Shown in pieces: positions 1 through 9,020 of a stretch of 64,000 nucleotides of DNA. The notes beneath the pieces are model-generated. The model did not search any database. It had not been told where the DNA came from and saw nothing but the letters and a program-made list of their open reading frames with translations. Numbering within the stretch: the first letter of the stretch is position 1; every line of letters starts with the position of its first letter. Source of the stretch: an uncultured Candidatus Saccharibacteria bacterium (GTDB lineage Bacteria; Patescibacteriota; Minisyncoccia; Phycocordibacterales; DATDWN01); NCBI GenBank assembly GCA_964576615.1, contig CAZNUU010000003.1, positions 6,523-70,522 of the forward strand, read 5' to 3'. Both the position numbers and the translations under genes were made by a program.

Positions 1-1305
1 CCTATGTCTCGCCTGCTAGAAGGCGACGTGGGATCGGGTAAAACAGCTGTGGCAGCCACTACTATATATGCAACAGTTCAACAAAGGCCCTTCGACTCCG
101 CTCAGGGCAACTTGCAAAGTTTTGGGAACCTGCAAGTTGCTTACATGGTCCCAACTGAGATCTTAGCCAAACAGCACTATGACAGTTTCGTGGCCTACTT
201 TAGCCATTTACCCCTCAAAATTGGCCTAATAACTGGCAGCGAGTGTAAAATCTTCCCCTCTAAGTCCGACCCTTCCAAACCAACCAAAATTTCCAAATCC
301 CAGCTCCTAAAATGGGTAGCAAACGGCGAAGTGCCAATTTTAATCGGTACCCACGCACTTATTCAGAAATCTGTAACATTTAAACATCTGGCTTTCGTAA
401 TTATCGATGAACAACATAGATTTGGAACACTTCAGAGACAAAAATTAGCAAGTAAAAATTCTGTAACACCACATTTGCTATCAATGACAGCCACGCCAAT
501 CCCCCGCACACTTGCTCTCACACTTTATGGCGACTTGGATATTACAGTTTTGGAAGGTATGCCGCATGGTAGAAAACCAATTATCACCAAACTAATTTGG
601 CCAAACCAACGAAAACAATGTTATGAGGAAATCCGCAGTGAATTAAAAGCTGGTAGACAACTTTATGTTATTTGTCCGAGGATTGACGAACCAGATCCAA
701 CTAAAGAATTAGCTGTCATGGCCAAATCAGTAAAACTGGAAGCAGAAAGACTCAAAAAAGAAGATTTTCCGGAGTACTCGATTGATATTTTGCACTCCAA
801 GATGACGCCTGTAGAAAAAGAGAAGGTTATGGGTGATTTCTCCTCGGGAAAAACCAAAATTCTATGTGCGACTTCGGTAGTCGAAGTCGGTGTAAATGTA
901 CCAAATGCGACCATGATAATAATCGAAGGCGCCGAAAGATTTGGACTCTCCCAACTTCACCAACTGCGAGGCCGAGTTATCCGTTCCAATCATCAGGCTT
1001 ACTGCTATGTTTTCTCGGAAAGTCACAGCGGCAAAACTCGGGATCGCTTGAAAGCACTGACCACTGCGAAAAATGGTTTTGAACTAGCAGAGTTTGATCT
1101 GGCTCAGCGCGGTGCCGGCGAACTTTACGGCAGAAAACAATGGGGTATTTCCGATGTGGCCATGGAAGCAATAAAAAATATAAAAATGGTGGAGGCTTCG
1201 CGCGAAGAAGCTTCAAAAATTATTGAGACTGATTTTGATTTAAAAAAATATCCGTTGATTAAAAATCACATAGCCAGTCGCCCCGAAAAAATCCATTTCG
1301 AATAG
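1..1305 (+). CDS. recG: ATP-dependent DNA helicase RecG, C-terminal part (5' end lies upstream of window)
   Basis: Walker A LLEGDVGSGKT, DEQHRFG box, helicase C-terminal motifs (ATPIPRTL, HQLRGRVIR); ORF open to window edge. Confidence 0.85.
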   Translation, partial: PMSRLLEGDVGSGKTAVAATTIYATVQQRPFDSAQGNLQSFGNLQVAYMVPTEILAKQHYDSFVAYFSHLPLKIGLITGSECKIFPSKSDPSKPTKISKSQLLKWVANGEVPILIGTHALIQKSVTFKHLAFVIIDEQHRFGTLQRQKLASKNSVTPHLLSMTATPIPRTLALTLYGDLDITVLEGMPHGRKPIITKLIWPNQRKQCYEEIRSELKAGRQLYVICPRIDEPDPTKELAVMAKSVKLEAERLKKEDFPEYSIDILHSKMTPVEKEKVMGDFSSGKTKILCATSVVEVGVNVPNATMIIIEGAERFGLSQLHQLRGRVIRSNHQAYCYVFSESHSGKTRDRLKALTTAKNGFELAEFDLAQRGAGELYGRKQWGISDVAMEAIKNIKMVEASREEASKIIETDFDLKKYPLIKNHIASRPEKIHFE

Positions 1306-1307
1306 CT

Positions 1308-1336
1308 TTGACATTAAAATTTTGCTAGATATTCTT
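1308..1336 (+). promoter_or_regulatory. Putative sigma70-type promoter for cassette gene (TTGACA 1308-1313, N16/17, TATTCT/ATTCTT), followed by AAGAGG RBS 1341-1346
   Basis: Read directly from sequence immediately after recG stop. Confidence 0.4.
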
Positions 1337-1351
1337 ATTTAAGAGGTGATT

Positions 1352-1636
1352 ATGGCACATACTGCCACATCGACGCACGCACCTGTCATCGACTGGCGCT
1401 GGTATCACGAGAGAGCAATCCCTCAGAGTGGGCCGTGGCCGGATACCGACTTCAAGATTCTCGGAAGAGAAGACTTTGAGAGACATCGGGGTCGGGCTGA
1501 GACATGTCCCAACTGCCTGGCCTCGCGGCAAAGCATGAGAACCTGGAAAAACAAGATGACCTGGAAGGCAATCTGGGTACACATCGGGCTGCTTCTCCTA
1601 ATTGCTGGGCTCGTCGCCGGGTGGGGGCTGTATTAA
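1352..1636 (+). CDS. Hypothetical small protein with C-terminal TM helix (GC-rich cassette gene)
   Basis: GC-rich ORF, ATG 1352 six nt after AAGAGG; ORF table 1346..1636 uses upstream GTG. Confidence 0.5.
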   Translation: MAHTATSTHAPVIDWRWYHERAIPQSGPWPDTDFKILGREDFERHRGRAETCPNCLASRQSMRTWKNKMTWKAIWVHIGLLLLIAGLVAGWGLY

Positions 1637-1641
1637 GAAAA

Positions 1642-1662
1642 GGGGCTGGCGCGTGCCAGCCC
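1642..1662 (+). terminator. Hairpin GGGCTGGC-gcgtg-CCAGCCC after cassette gene
   Basis: Perfect 8-bp GC stem. Confidence 0.45.
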
Positions 1663-1684
1663 TCATCGTTATAAAATAAAAAGA

Positions 1685-1711
1685 CGAACCGGGCTCATGT
1701 GAGCCCGGTTG
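1685..1711 (-). terminator. Rho-independent terminator (AACCGGGCTC-loop-GAGCCCGGTT, T-run on minus strand) for 1733..2011
   Basis: Stem identical to hairpin at 3080-3104. Confidence 0.55.
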
Positions 1712-1732
1712 TTGCGTTCTGTTGTCGCGGTT

Positions 1733-2011
1733 TTAAGCCGCCGACTCGATGATCTTCTCCTTCGTTGCCCAGATCCATCCCTGACGCAGTGCCCTCTCGG
1801 CATTATCCCTTCCGTAGGGCTTGTATGCCTTGAAGAACACTGCTCCTCGGATGGGATCGACCAGGAATCCGTCATCCTCGTGGGTGACGGGCAGACCCGC
1901 CGACCTTGTGACCATCCTGACCAACTCTTCGGACGGTTCACCGAAGGGACTTTGGGCCGCCAAGTCAAGTGCCGCTATCTGAACACGATTCGAGTAGTCA
2001 GTGAACGTCAT
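1733..2011 (-). CDS. Hypothetical protein (GC-rich cassette gene)
   Basis: Minus-strand TTGACA(2051-2056)-N16-TATAGT(2029-2034), AGGAGG (2016-2021) 4 nt from ATG 2011. Confidence 0.55.
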   Translation of the reverse strand: MTFTDYSNRVQIAALDLAAQSPFGEPSEELVRMVTRSAGLPVTHEDDGFLVDPIRGAVFFKAYKPYGRDNAERALRQGWIWATKEKIIESAA

Positions 2012-2060
2012 CTCTACCTCCTAGTATTACTATACTTAAAATATAAAATTTGTCAATAGA

Positions 2061-2399
2061 CTACCGCCCCATCATTCTGTTTGCATGACCTAATGCTCCG
2101 ATTACAGTCGTTACCGCGATTGTACCAGCAAGGATCAGATCGCTAGTTGTCATATTATTTGTACCAATCATAAAACCTTCATAAGCAGCCGTGCCGATTG
2201 CAGAAATCAACGCTGCTCCTTCAAATATACTCTTGAGCATCAACTTTAAACCCTCGTGTTGTTCAGGAGTAACTTGTTCCGGATTAATCAGAGCAAGTTC
2301 GTCCTTGAGACCTTCTAGATTTTCTCGCAGAGTTTGCTCATTACTTTCAATCTGCGAGTCAACTGATCCAGCTAAAATTTCAAAATTATTTTCGTGCAT
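2061..2399 (-). CDS. Hypothetical protein, low-GC, hydrophobic C-terminal segment
   Basis: 112-aa ORF; start overlaps stop of small upstream ORF. Confidence 0.45.
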   Translation of the reverse strand: MHENNFEILAGSVDSQIESNEQTLRENLEGLKDELALINPEQVTPEQHEGLKLMLKSIFEGAALISAIGTAAYEGFMIGTNNMTTSDLILAGTIAVTTVIGALGHANRMMGR

Positions 2400-2529
2400 A
2401 GGTTTTAATTACTGACCTCAAATCAGAAACAGCTTTGTTTGTATGTTGTAAAATTTCCAATCTTTCTTCCTTAGAAAATCCGACAGTTTTTGCTTTTTCC
2501 ATTAATTCTTTTAATCTTTTTTCGTTCAT
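2386..2529 (-). CDS. Small ORF (47 aa, MNEKRLKELMEKAKTVGF...), stop overlaps start of 2061..2399
   Basis: Hand-translated; ATGcacgaaaaTAA overlap typical of translational coupling; below ORF-table size cutoff. Confidence 0.3.
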   Translation of the reverse strand: MNEKRLKELMEKAKTVGFSKEERLEILQHTNKAVSDLRSVIKTYARK

Positions 2530-2586
2530 ACTTTTATTATACATGATGAAGGCGGGTCACTTTGACCCGCCTTTACGCAAACAGAA

Positions 2587-3021
2587 CTACAGTGCCGCCG
2601 AGAGACCGGTTGCTCCCAGGGGAGGCCAGCCTCTTTCGAGGTAAACCTGCTGAAACATTGCCAGGACTTCGGGGCGAGCACGATGCCCACCTTCCCGCTC
2701 CAGCCGACTGTCGAGCTCGTGGATGTCGACTGCATTCGAGATCTCTTCGTGCAGACGATTGAGTCGATCGATCTCGTCGAGCTCAGACTTCTTCTTCGAG
2801 ACAACCTCGAAGATCACAAGGTCGCTGTGATAGAGCTCAGGACGCAGCGGGGCGAGGATCGCCAAACCGCGTATTAGCTCGTTCTCGAAGGAATAGCCGG
2901 GCTGGTTGCCCTGACTCCCCGGCGAAAAACCAGCTCTCCTCATCACGTCGAGATACTGGTCTTTGGTGGCCTCTTGCCACCCGAGACCGTGAATCCGCAG
3001 AAAGTAGTACATATCGGCCAT
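2587..3021 (-). CDS. Hypothetical protein (GC-rich cassette gene)
   Basis: Minus-strand TTGACT-N16-TAGTAT, GGAGG 5 nt from ATG 3021; hairpin GGCGGGTCA-cttt-GACCCGCC at 2548-2570 downstream. Confidence 0.55.
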   Translation of the reverse strand: MADMYYFLRIHGLGWQEATKDQYLDVMRRAGFSPGSQGNQPGYSFENELIRGLAILAPLRPELYHSDLVIFEVVSKKKSELDEIDRLNRLHEEISNAVDIHELDSRLEREGGHRARPEVLAMFQQVYLERGWPPLGATGLSAAL

Positions 3022-3079
3022 GCTGCCCTCCGGATTAAATACTATTTACAAAAACGAAAAAGTCAACTGTAATAAAAAC

Positions 3080-3104
3080 GAACCGGGCTACGAGAGCCCG
3101 GTTG
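3080..3104 (-). terminator. Rho-independent terminator, same stem as 1685-1711
   Basis: AACCGGGCT-acgag-AGCCCGGTT followed by T-run on minus strand. Confidence 0.5.
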
Positions 3105-3435
3105 CGGTTGTGGAACTTGGGATACGTGGAGCCGACAGAACTTCACCACGCAGACGAGCGAAAAATTCTCTCGTCGGATGCCGCTTGGCGTAGCCATCGA
3201 AGATCATCCCGCGATAATTGAGATCTTGATGGCGAAGCTCGTCTTGATAATGAGCCTCCATGAGCGTCAGAACATCCTCGACTTTCCCGAGCCGAACCGC
3301 TCGATCAATCACGTCCTGCACATCAGGAGAAAGAGCGGGGCCGAACTGTCTGAAGACAGCCAGGGCCCGCGAAAACTCGCCGTTGCATCGCATCGTAAAA
3401 ACCCGAACGAAATGTTCCTCTGTAACTACTTGCAC
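3088..3435 (-). CDS. Hypothetical protein (GC-rich cassette gene, GTG start)
   Basis: AGAGGGG RBS then GTG; stop codon lies in loop of terminator hairpin 3080-3104. Confidence 0.45.
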   Translation of the reverse strand: MQVVTEEHFVRVFTMRCNGEFSRALAVFRQFGPALSPDVQDVIDRAVRLGKVEDVLTLMEAHYQDELRHQDLNYRGMIFDGYAKRHPTREFFARLRGEVLSAPRIPSSTTATGLS

Positions 3436-3493
3436 AAAACACCCCCTCTTTTTTTAGAATAACAAGAGAAATTTTGAGATGCAAATTTTCTTG

Positions 3494-3567
3494 TCCATCC
3501 TCCTGGACTCGAACCAGGGACCCCAGAGGTATAAGCTCTGTGCTCTAACCAACTGAGCTAAGGATGG
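3494..3567 (-). tRNA. tRNA, anticodon loop cuUAUac (anticodon UAU, Ile/AUA) by manual fold
   Basis: 7-bp acceptor CCATCCT/AGGATGG, D-arm GCTC..GAGC, anticodon stem CAGAG/CTCTG, T-arm CCTGG-TTCGAGT-CCAGG, discriminator A; no encoded CCA. Confidence 0.7.
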
Positions 3568-3594
3568 TTGGTGTTATACTAAATTATCACAGTT

Positions 3595-3876
3595 ATGGAC
3601 AAAAATAAATTATGGTTCAGGGCAAAGAACTACGGTTGGGGTTGGTACCCTATCACCTGGCAAGGTTGGTTAGTTGTTTTAATTTATGTTTTTGGAATTG
3701 TGAGTCATGCGTTTCGTACAATAGATAAAGCCAAGACAGAAGGAAGTAGTGAAAAAGAATTTTTGTGGAGTTATTTATCCGGAATCTTCATCCTCACAGT
3801 AATCATGATTTGGATTTGTTACAAAAAAGGTGAAAAGCCGGAATGGCGCTGGGGTGGCAAAAGAATTTTTAAATAA
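3595..3876 (+). CDS. Small membrane protein (2 TM), hypothetical
   Basis: Low-GC ORF with hydrophobic helices; followed by hairpin 3884-3905. Confidence 0.5.
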   Translation: MDKNKLWFRAKNYGWGWYPITWQGWLVVLIYVFGIVSHAFRTIDKAKTEGSSEKEFLWSYLSGIFILTVIMIWICYKKGEKPEWRWGGKRIFK

Positions 3877-3883
3877 TGGAAAA

Positions 3884-3905
3884 GGCCAGCGATGTATTGC
3901 TGGCC
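3884..3905. terminator. Hairpin GGCCAGC-gatgtatt-GCTGGCC
   Basis: Perfect 7-bp GC stem immediately after 3595..3876. Confidence 0.4.
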
Positions 3906-3976
3906 TCGCTCTTGGAGAGCTTTGAGGAATTCTGGTGCCATCTTTAGGAAATTTCTTGGCACCAAAGGCAGGAAAA

Positions 3977-4180
3977 CTAGCGGAAGTCCGTTGTTCCCTC
4001 CGGTACGGCAGCTGCTTGTCGCAGCGCCTCATCCGGATCGATCTTGTCGCCATCCAGTGCGTCTAGGAGTTCAGTCAGTTGATGGGTCCCACGTCCGCAG
4101 ATACCCATACGACCGACTACTTCCTGCCGCATCTCGCTGATACTGGCGATTGCGTCCACTACTCCTTTCCGTCGTGGCAT
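3977..4180 (-). CDS. Alternative-frame ORF (67 aa, MPRRKGVVDAIAS...) preceded by AGGAGG; possible frameshifted continuation of 4071..4373
   Basis: AGGAGGgcgcATG at 4180; higher GC3 than the overlapping frame. Confidence 0.3.
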   Translation of the reverse strand: MPRRKGVVDAIASISEMRQEVVGRMGICGRGTHQLTELLDALDGDKIDPDEALRQAAAVPEGTTDFR

Positions 4181-4373
4181 GCGCCCTCCTATCGTCTTCT
4201 GGAATCGGTTCGGTAGGACTGTCGGAATCAACTTGTCCGCAGTAGGTACAGACAAGATTGAATTGCAACGAGGAACCTGATCTAACACGAGTCACTTCAA
4301 GTGGCCCTTTGCAGATCCTCTCGCCGCGAGGTCGCGAGCTTGAGATTACCTTTTGACTGCAACGGCCAACCAT
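4071..4373 (-). CDS. Hypothetical Cys-containing small protein (GC-rich cassette; overlaps alternative ORF 3977..4180)
   Basis: TTGACT-N17-TAGGAT then GGAGG 5 nt from ATG 4373; overlaps 3' end of ftsH. Confidence 0.35.
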   Translation of the reverse strand: MVGRCSQKVISSSRPRGERICKGPLEVTRVRSGSSLQFNLVCTYCGQVDSDSPTEPIPEDDRRAHATTERSSGRNRQYQRDAAGSSRSYGYLRTWDPSTD

Positions 4374-4423
4374 GTGACCCTCCGCGCTCAATCCTACATC
4401 ATTTTCTATACAAAGTCAAGGCG

Positions 4424-6433
4424 CTAGGAGATTGCTCCGGAGTGCTCAATATCTAGCTTTTTTTGCTTTGGACTTATACCGTGAGCAACAAGTATCCCCT
4501 CAAATTCCGGTCTTTCTATTGTTTCTTTTTCAATTAGTCTCTTTGCGATTGCATCAAGAAGCCCTCTGTTAGCCACTACAGTTTCTTGAGCTTTTTTTAG
4601 TGCACCATTCATTATTTTTGAAACTTCCGAATCGATGTCCGCTGCAACTTTTTCTGAAAATTCTTTTTCCTCCACACCTCGTCCAAATAAAACCTTGCCT
4701 CCCATTCCCTCTAGAGCAACTGGGCCAACCATATCTGACATACCATATTTAGTAACCATATCGCGAGCCAATGCAGTTGAAACTTGTAGATCATTGGATG
4801 GCCCGGTTGTAACATCGTTAAAAAGTAATTTTTCTGTGACATACCCACCCAGAGAAACCGCTATATCATCTAGAAATTCTTTTCGAGATTGAAGTTTTGT
4901 TTCTTCAATTGGCAGTTTTAAAACATAACCTGCCGCATGACCTCTGGAAATTATTGAAATCTTATGAACTGGATCAGCATAAGGCAAAATCGAGGCAAGA
5001 ACAGCGTGACCTGCTTCGTGATACGCGGTAATTTCTTTTTCTCTTTTAGAAAGAATATGACTTTTTCTCTCTGGGCCTAACATTACTTTTTCAATCGAGC
5101 GAATCAAGTCGTACTGAGCAACTTTGGTTCTGTTTTCTCGTGCAGCGACTATCGCCCCCTCGTTCATAAGAGAATAAAGATCCGCACCAGAAAATCCTGG
5201 GGTTCTTTCTGCAATAACTTTTAGATCCACATCTTCCGCAAATGGTTTTTCTTTACTATGAACTCGGAGAATATCTTCTCTGTCTTTTCTATCTGGTAAA
5301 TCAAGTGTGACTCGTCTGTCGAATCTACCCGGTCGAAGAAGTGCGGGATCTAAAACATCCGGTCTATTTGTTGCAGCCATGACGATAACTTTTTCATTTG
5401 GCTCGAAACCATCCATTTCAACTAGAATTTGGTTTAGGGTCTGCTCCCTCTCGTCATTTCCACCACCCGCACCAACTCCTCGCACACGTCCCACCGCATC
5501 AATTTCGTCCACGAAAATAATCGAAGGCGAATTTTTCTTGGCCAAAAGGAACAGATCGCGTACACGCGATGCTCCGACACCGACAAACATTTCCACAAAT
5601 TCCGAACCAGAAATAGAGAAGAAGGCTACACCTGCTTCACCCGCTACTGCTCGGGCTAGCAAAGTCTTACCCGTACCCGGGGCACCCATAAGTAGAATAC
5701 CCTTTGGGATACGTGCACCAATGTCTAAAAACTTTTTAGGATTACGTAGGAAATCAACAATTTCAGAGAGTTCTTCCTTGGCTTCTTTTGCCCCGGCAAC
5801 ATCCTTAAATGTTACTCTCTGGGCCTTGTCGTTTGGACTTATCATTCGAGCTTTGGATTGACCGAAGGTAAGAGCCTGCATACCAGCACCTTTTACCTGA
5901 CGAGTAATAAACCAAATGAAAATTAAAATAAAAAGAATTGGGAAAATAATTGGCGAGAGATTTACAAACCAATAGCCGAAACCATTTTGATTTTTAATTT
6001 GGATATCGACTGGTGCAAGTTGCTCCTTGGTTACCCCGTAGTTAACAAGTGTCTGAGATAAAGCTTCGCCTTCTTCTTTCTTGGATTCTTTGGTGGTGTT
6101 ATTTTTATACGAGATCGAAAGCGAATCACCCTGAACCACAACCGATTTTACTTGGCCGGATTTAATATCAGTGCTCAACTGGGAAATTGAAATCTGCTCT
6201 GGTTTTTTTGAAATCGAGCCAGAGATAAGAGAGTAGATTGCCGAGAGAATAATAAAAATTATTAAGACAGAAACAATGTAGCTCATTAAGGAACTCTCTT
6301 CGGGTCCTTTATTGCCACTTGGGCTTTTTTTAATGATAACCTTCTTCTTTTCTGGCATTTGCGCCATATTTTTACTCATAGAATGACTGAAGTATACATC
6401 CCAAACGAGTTTTAGCAAACAATTAATGGACAA
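4424..6433 (-). CDS. ftsH: ATP-dependent zinc metalloprotease FtsH (likely true start at Met 6379, MSKNMAQ)
   Basis: N-terminal TMs, AAA Walker [17 protein letters not shown] zinc motif. Confidence 0.92.
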   Translation of the reverse strand: MSINCLLKLVWDVYFSHSMSKNMAQMPEKKKVIIKKSPSGNKGPEESSLMSYIVSVLIIFIILSAIYSLISGSISKKPEQISISQLSTDIKSGQVKSVVVQGDSLSISYKNNTTKESKKEEGEALSQTLVNYGVTKEQLAPVDIQIKNQNGFGYWFVNLSPIIFPILFILIFIWFITRQVKGAGMQALTFGQSKARMISPNDKAQRVTFKDVAGAKEAKEELSEIVDFLRNPKKFLDIGARIPKGILLMGAPGTGKTLLARAVAGEAGVAFFSISGSEFVEMFVGVGASRVRDLFLLAKKNSPSIIFVDEIDAVGRVRGVGAGGGNDEREQTLNQILVEMDGFEPNEKVIVMAATNRPDVLDPALLRPGRFDRRVTLDLPDRKDREDILRVHSKEKPFAEDVDLKVIAERTPGFSGADLYSLMNEGAIVAARENRTKVAQYDLIRSIEKVMLGPERKSHILSKREKEITAYHEAGHAVLASILPYADPVHKISIISRGHAAGYVLKLPIEETKLQSRKEFLDDIAVSLGGYVTEKLLFNDVTTGPSNDLQVSTALARDMVTKYGMSDMVGPVALEGMGGKVLFGRGVEEKEFSEKVAADIDSEVSKIMNGALKKAQETVVANRGLLDAIAKRLIEKETIERPEFEGILVAHGISPKQKKLDIEHSGAIS

Positions 6434-6548
6434 AAATTATTATAACTGGTGATTATAAAAACAACTGAAAAACACTGTAGTAAAAACTCGCACGGGACAG
6501 GTTAAAAGTCCCAAAATGAAAGTGAAGAGTCTGTGATATATTTACTCC

Positions 6549-6992
6549 ATGTCACTCGTTACAAACCGCAAAGCCAGCTTCAATTATGAAATTCTCGACA
6601 AGTATACTGCAGGTATAGAGCTTTTTGGGTTTGAGGTGAAATCTCTCATGAAAGGCCAGGGTTCACTTGATGGTTCACATGTTACAATCCGAGGCAAAGA
6701 AGCATTCGTTATTGGTATGTTCATCCCCCCATATCAAGCTGGCAATACACCAAAAGACTACGACCCTCATCGAAACAGGAAACTTTTGCTGACCAAGAAA
6801 GAAATTCATACTTTGGGTGAAATCGAGATGAAACGTGGCTTGACAATAGTGCCACTTTCAGTGTACAATGAGGGACGCAAGTTGAAACTCGATATCGCCA
6901 GCGTTAAAGGAAAGAAGAAATTTGATAAAAGAGAGTCAATTAAGAAACGCGATACTGAGCGAGACTTAAAAAGAGAGTTCTCTGACAAATAA
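6549..6992 (+). CDS. smpB: SsrA-binding protein SmpB
   Basis: SmpB family sequence (FNYEILDKYTAGIELFGFEVKSL...); tmRNA lies 370 bp downstream. Confidence 0.85.
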   Translation: MSLVTNRKASFNYEILDKYTAGIELFGFEVKSLMKGQGSLDGSHVTIRGKEAFVIGMFIPPYQAGNTPKDYDPHRNRKLLLTKKEIHTLGEIEMKRGLTIVPLSVYNEGRKLKLDIASVKGKKKFDKRESIKKRDTERDLKREFSDK

Positions 6993-7042
6993 GGCCAAAC
7001 ATTTTATAATAAAATGTCGCCTAAACCTGTTTCGCCTAAAGC

Positions 7043-7306
7043 ATGTCTTATGTAGTTTATATTCTATATAGTTTGAAAGACAAAAAATTATATGTTGGCT
7101 GTACTTCGAATATTGTTAAAAGAATAAAAAAACATAATGATGGCCAAGTATCAGCAACAGAGAATAGAAGACCACTTAAACTAATTTACAAGGAAGCATT
7201 TGTAGACAAAAAACCAGCTTTTAATAGAGAAAGATTTTTGAAAAGCTTGTGGGGAGCAAGAGACAAGAAAAAAATACTCAAAAATTATTTAGCGAGTATT
7301 GGCTAA
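7043..7306 (+). CDS. GIY-YIG nuclease superfamily protein (UPF0213-like)
   Basis: YVVYILYS...KLYVGCTSNIVKRIKKHN motif. Confidence 0.75.
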   Translation: MSYVVYILYSLKDKKLYVGCTSNIVKRIKKHNDGQVSATENRRPLKLIYKEAFVDKKPAFNRERFLKSLWGARDKKKILKNYLASIG

Positions 7307-7360
7307 ATCAATTTTCCTAAAGAAAATTGATCGCCCGAACACACCCAAGGTGTGTTTTAG

Positions 7361-7743
7361 GGGGATGACAGGTTTTGACATAAAAAGATACTGCGACGTT
7401 GCAATGCGGAGTTCCAGAAACTCTCAAAACTTCTGGAAAGATTAAGCGTAAAAAACTTATCTAAAAAGGCATCCGTTTCTCCATATTTTGGATCTAACGA
7501 TCTTGTCTTCTCTTACGCTTTAGCTTAAGGGACGGTAACCTCTCTTATTCCTCATGCGAGAGGCCCACCGATATAAACTGAGGATATGACCTTGATTTCC
7601 TCGATCAAGGTCGAAACATAGAGGATCGACTGTAATGTATTTTGTTTGTTCTAAGCCTTACAGTTTAAAACTTAAAACAGACTAGGCATTGTAGATGCGT
7701 TTCAATTCTTTTTATGGATGTGGTTTCGATACCACCATCTCCA
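7361..7743 (+). ncRNA. ssrA: tmRNA (ssrA)
   Basis: 5' GGGGAUGACAGGUUUUGACA and 3' GUGGUUUCGAUACCACCAUCUCCA form tRNA-Ala-like acceptor with G3:U70; internal tag frame ...SNDLVFSYALA-TAA; downstream of smpB. Confidence 0.75.
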
Positions 7744-7750
7744 CAACGAA

Positions 7751-7778
7751 CAAAATAGCCCTATACAGGGCTATTTTG
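7751..7778 (+). terminator. Hairpin AAAATAGCCCTG-tata-CAGGGCTATTTT after ssrA
   Basis: Perfect inverted repeat plus T-run. Confidence 0.5.
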
Positions 7779-7783
7779 TTTAC

Positions 7784-7811
7784 TTGACATAAACGTATAT
7801 TATGATATTAT
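7784..7811 (+). promoter_or_regulatory. Promoter TTGACA-N16-TGaTATTAT (extended -10) for cassette gene; AGGAGG 7819-7824
   Basis: Same TGATATTAT...cAGGAGG module as at 25636-25676. Confidence 0.55.
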
Positions 7812-7830
7812 CCGAAACAGGAGGTAATGC

Positions 7831-8136
7831 ATGGCGAAGAACTCGGCCGAAGAAACAGTGGTAAAGACACCCGGGGGAACCTGGCACAGGGATCGTTTCG
7901 GGATGTGGCACTACGACAACACGGGTTGTCATGACGTGGAGGGCGCAGCAAGGGTGGCAGTTAAGAGCCGTCCGAAATCCACCGGAGCATGGTTCTGGTT
8001 CAACAACATTCCAGTTCCTGTGGATCTCAACGACACGCCGGAGCAGCTATATGAACGCTGGCGCACCTGGCGCAGTCTGATCGAGGCGAGCAACGGGAAT
8101 CTGCACAAGCTTCTCATCACCATGGTCGATCAGTAA
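7831..8136 (+). CDS. Hypothetical Trp-rich protein (GC-rich cassette gene)
   Basis: GC-rich ORF, ATG 6 nt after AGGAGG. Confidence 0.6.
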   Translation: MAKNSAEETVVKTPGGTWHRDRFGMWHYDNTGCHDVEGAARVAVKSRPKSTGAWFWFNNIPVPVDLNDTPEQLYERWRTWRSLIEASNGNLHKLLITMVDQ

Positions 8137-8143
8137 CCGCAAG

Positions 8144-8186
8144 AAACCGCGAGACCTAGTTCTCGGCCCGGGTCTCGCGGTTTTCC
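8144..8186 (+). terminator. Hairpin AAACCGCGAGACC...GGTCTCGCGGTTT plus T-run
   Basis: 13-bp perfect stem. Confidence 0.55.
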
Positions 8187-8199
8187 TTTGACTTATTTT

Positions 8200-8330
8200 C
8201 TAGTTTTAGTAGGCTTTCAAACTAGCGTAACAGGGCTGAGAGAGGCCCAAGTGAGGGTTAAGGAGTGCCGTGGCACGCCCTCGCCAAAGTAACGCTCCGC
8301 GTGGGAACCTCCCCTACGCGGCCTTTTTTA
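8200..8330 (+). ncRNA. Candidate GC-rich structured small RNA (or leaderless short ORF), promoter-like TTGACT-N16-TAGGCT upstream, hairpin CCGCGTGGG..CCCTACGCGG plus T-run at 3' end
   Basis: No downstream plus-strand gene; GC-rich in AT-rich context; only ORF is a 46-codon GTG frame running through the terminator. Confidence 0.25.
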
Positions 8331-8894
8331 TACCTGCAAATATGCTGGCTTTACTAGAAGGGTTGGATCAACTATCCATGGTCTACAATTCCAACTAGCA
8401 TTATTTAGACCAGAACCAAGACTTACCCCAGTAAGAATATTTTTTGGAATAATTGATGGAAAATCAGCAAGGGATTTTGGATGTGAGATTTCACCTGTAG
8501 CTTTACCTTCAGTCCACTTGTAAATATTTACACCATCGTAAACCATAAGAGTATTTGTGCCAGATTGAGCTGTGTAAGTTCTGAACTCTGCTCGCATCCT
8601 GCCACCAGAGAGATAAACAACGTCTGTGCTTCTCTGAGCTGGAGTAGTTTCTTCATAAGTACATGCGTAGTTACCGATTTTTGGCAAAAGATTTGTAAAG
8701 GTATCAACCACAGGATTTGGAGCAGGAGTAGTGTTAGTAGATTTTTTAGTGGTTGTAGTCGTTTTTGTTGCATTCTCCGTATTATTCCCAACCACCTCAT
8801 AGTTAGAATTTGTTCCCCACCACCAAACTAAAACAAGGGCGATAACAATTACCACCCCCGCCACAATATACTCATCTCTTTTTTTCATTTTCAA
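8328..8894 (-). CDS. Hypothetical signal-anchored Thr/Asn-rich secreted protein
   Basis: N-terminal TM, low-complexity T-rich linker. Confidence 0.5.
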   Translation of the reverse strand: MKMKKRDEYIVAGVVIVIALVLVWWWGTNSNYEVVGNNTENATKTTTTTKKSTNTTPAPNPVVDTFTNLLPKIGNYACTYEETTPAQRSTDVVYLSGGRMRAEFRTYTAQSGTNTLMVYDGVNIYKWTEGKATGEISHPKSLADFPSIIPKNILTGVSLGSGLNNASWNCRPWIVDPTLLVKPAYLQV

Positions 8895-9020
8895 ATAATT
8901 AATTATAAACCTAGGTTAATTATAGCGCTTAGATGCCAAGGGACAACAGATTTACCCACAGGTCAATAATTTTGCTAAAGTAGAGCCAATATGCTATATT
9001 TTTATGACTTTAATAGTTAA

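Noticed and set aside
3890-4420. Possible RNase P / SRP RNA in GC-rich stretch downstream of ftsH
   Set aside because: No conserved P4/GGAAGCAGCC-type motifs found by eye; better explained by a cassette with SD-preceded ORFs.
5307-5861. Plus-strand 184-aa ORF inside ftsH
   Set aside because: Antisense to a strongly supported conserved gene; low-complexity Ser/Pro/Thr translation typical of spurious reverse frames.
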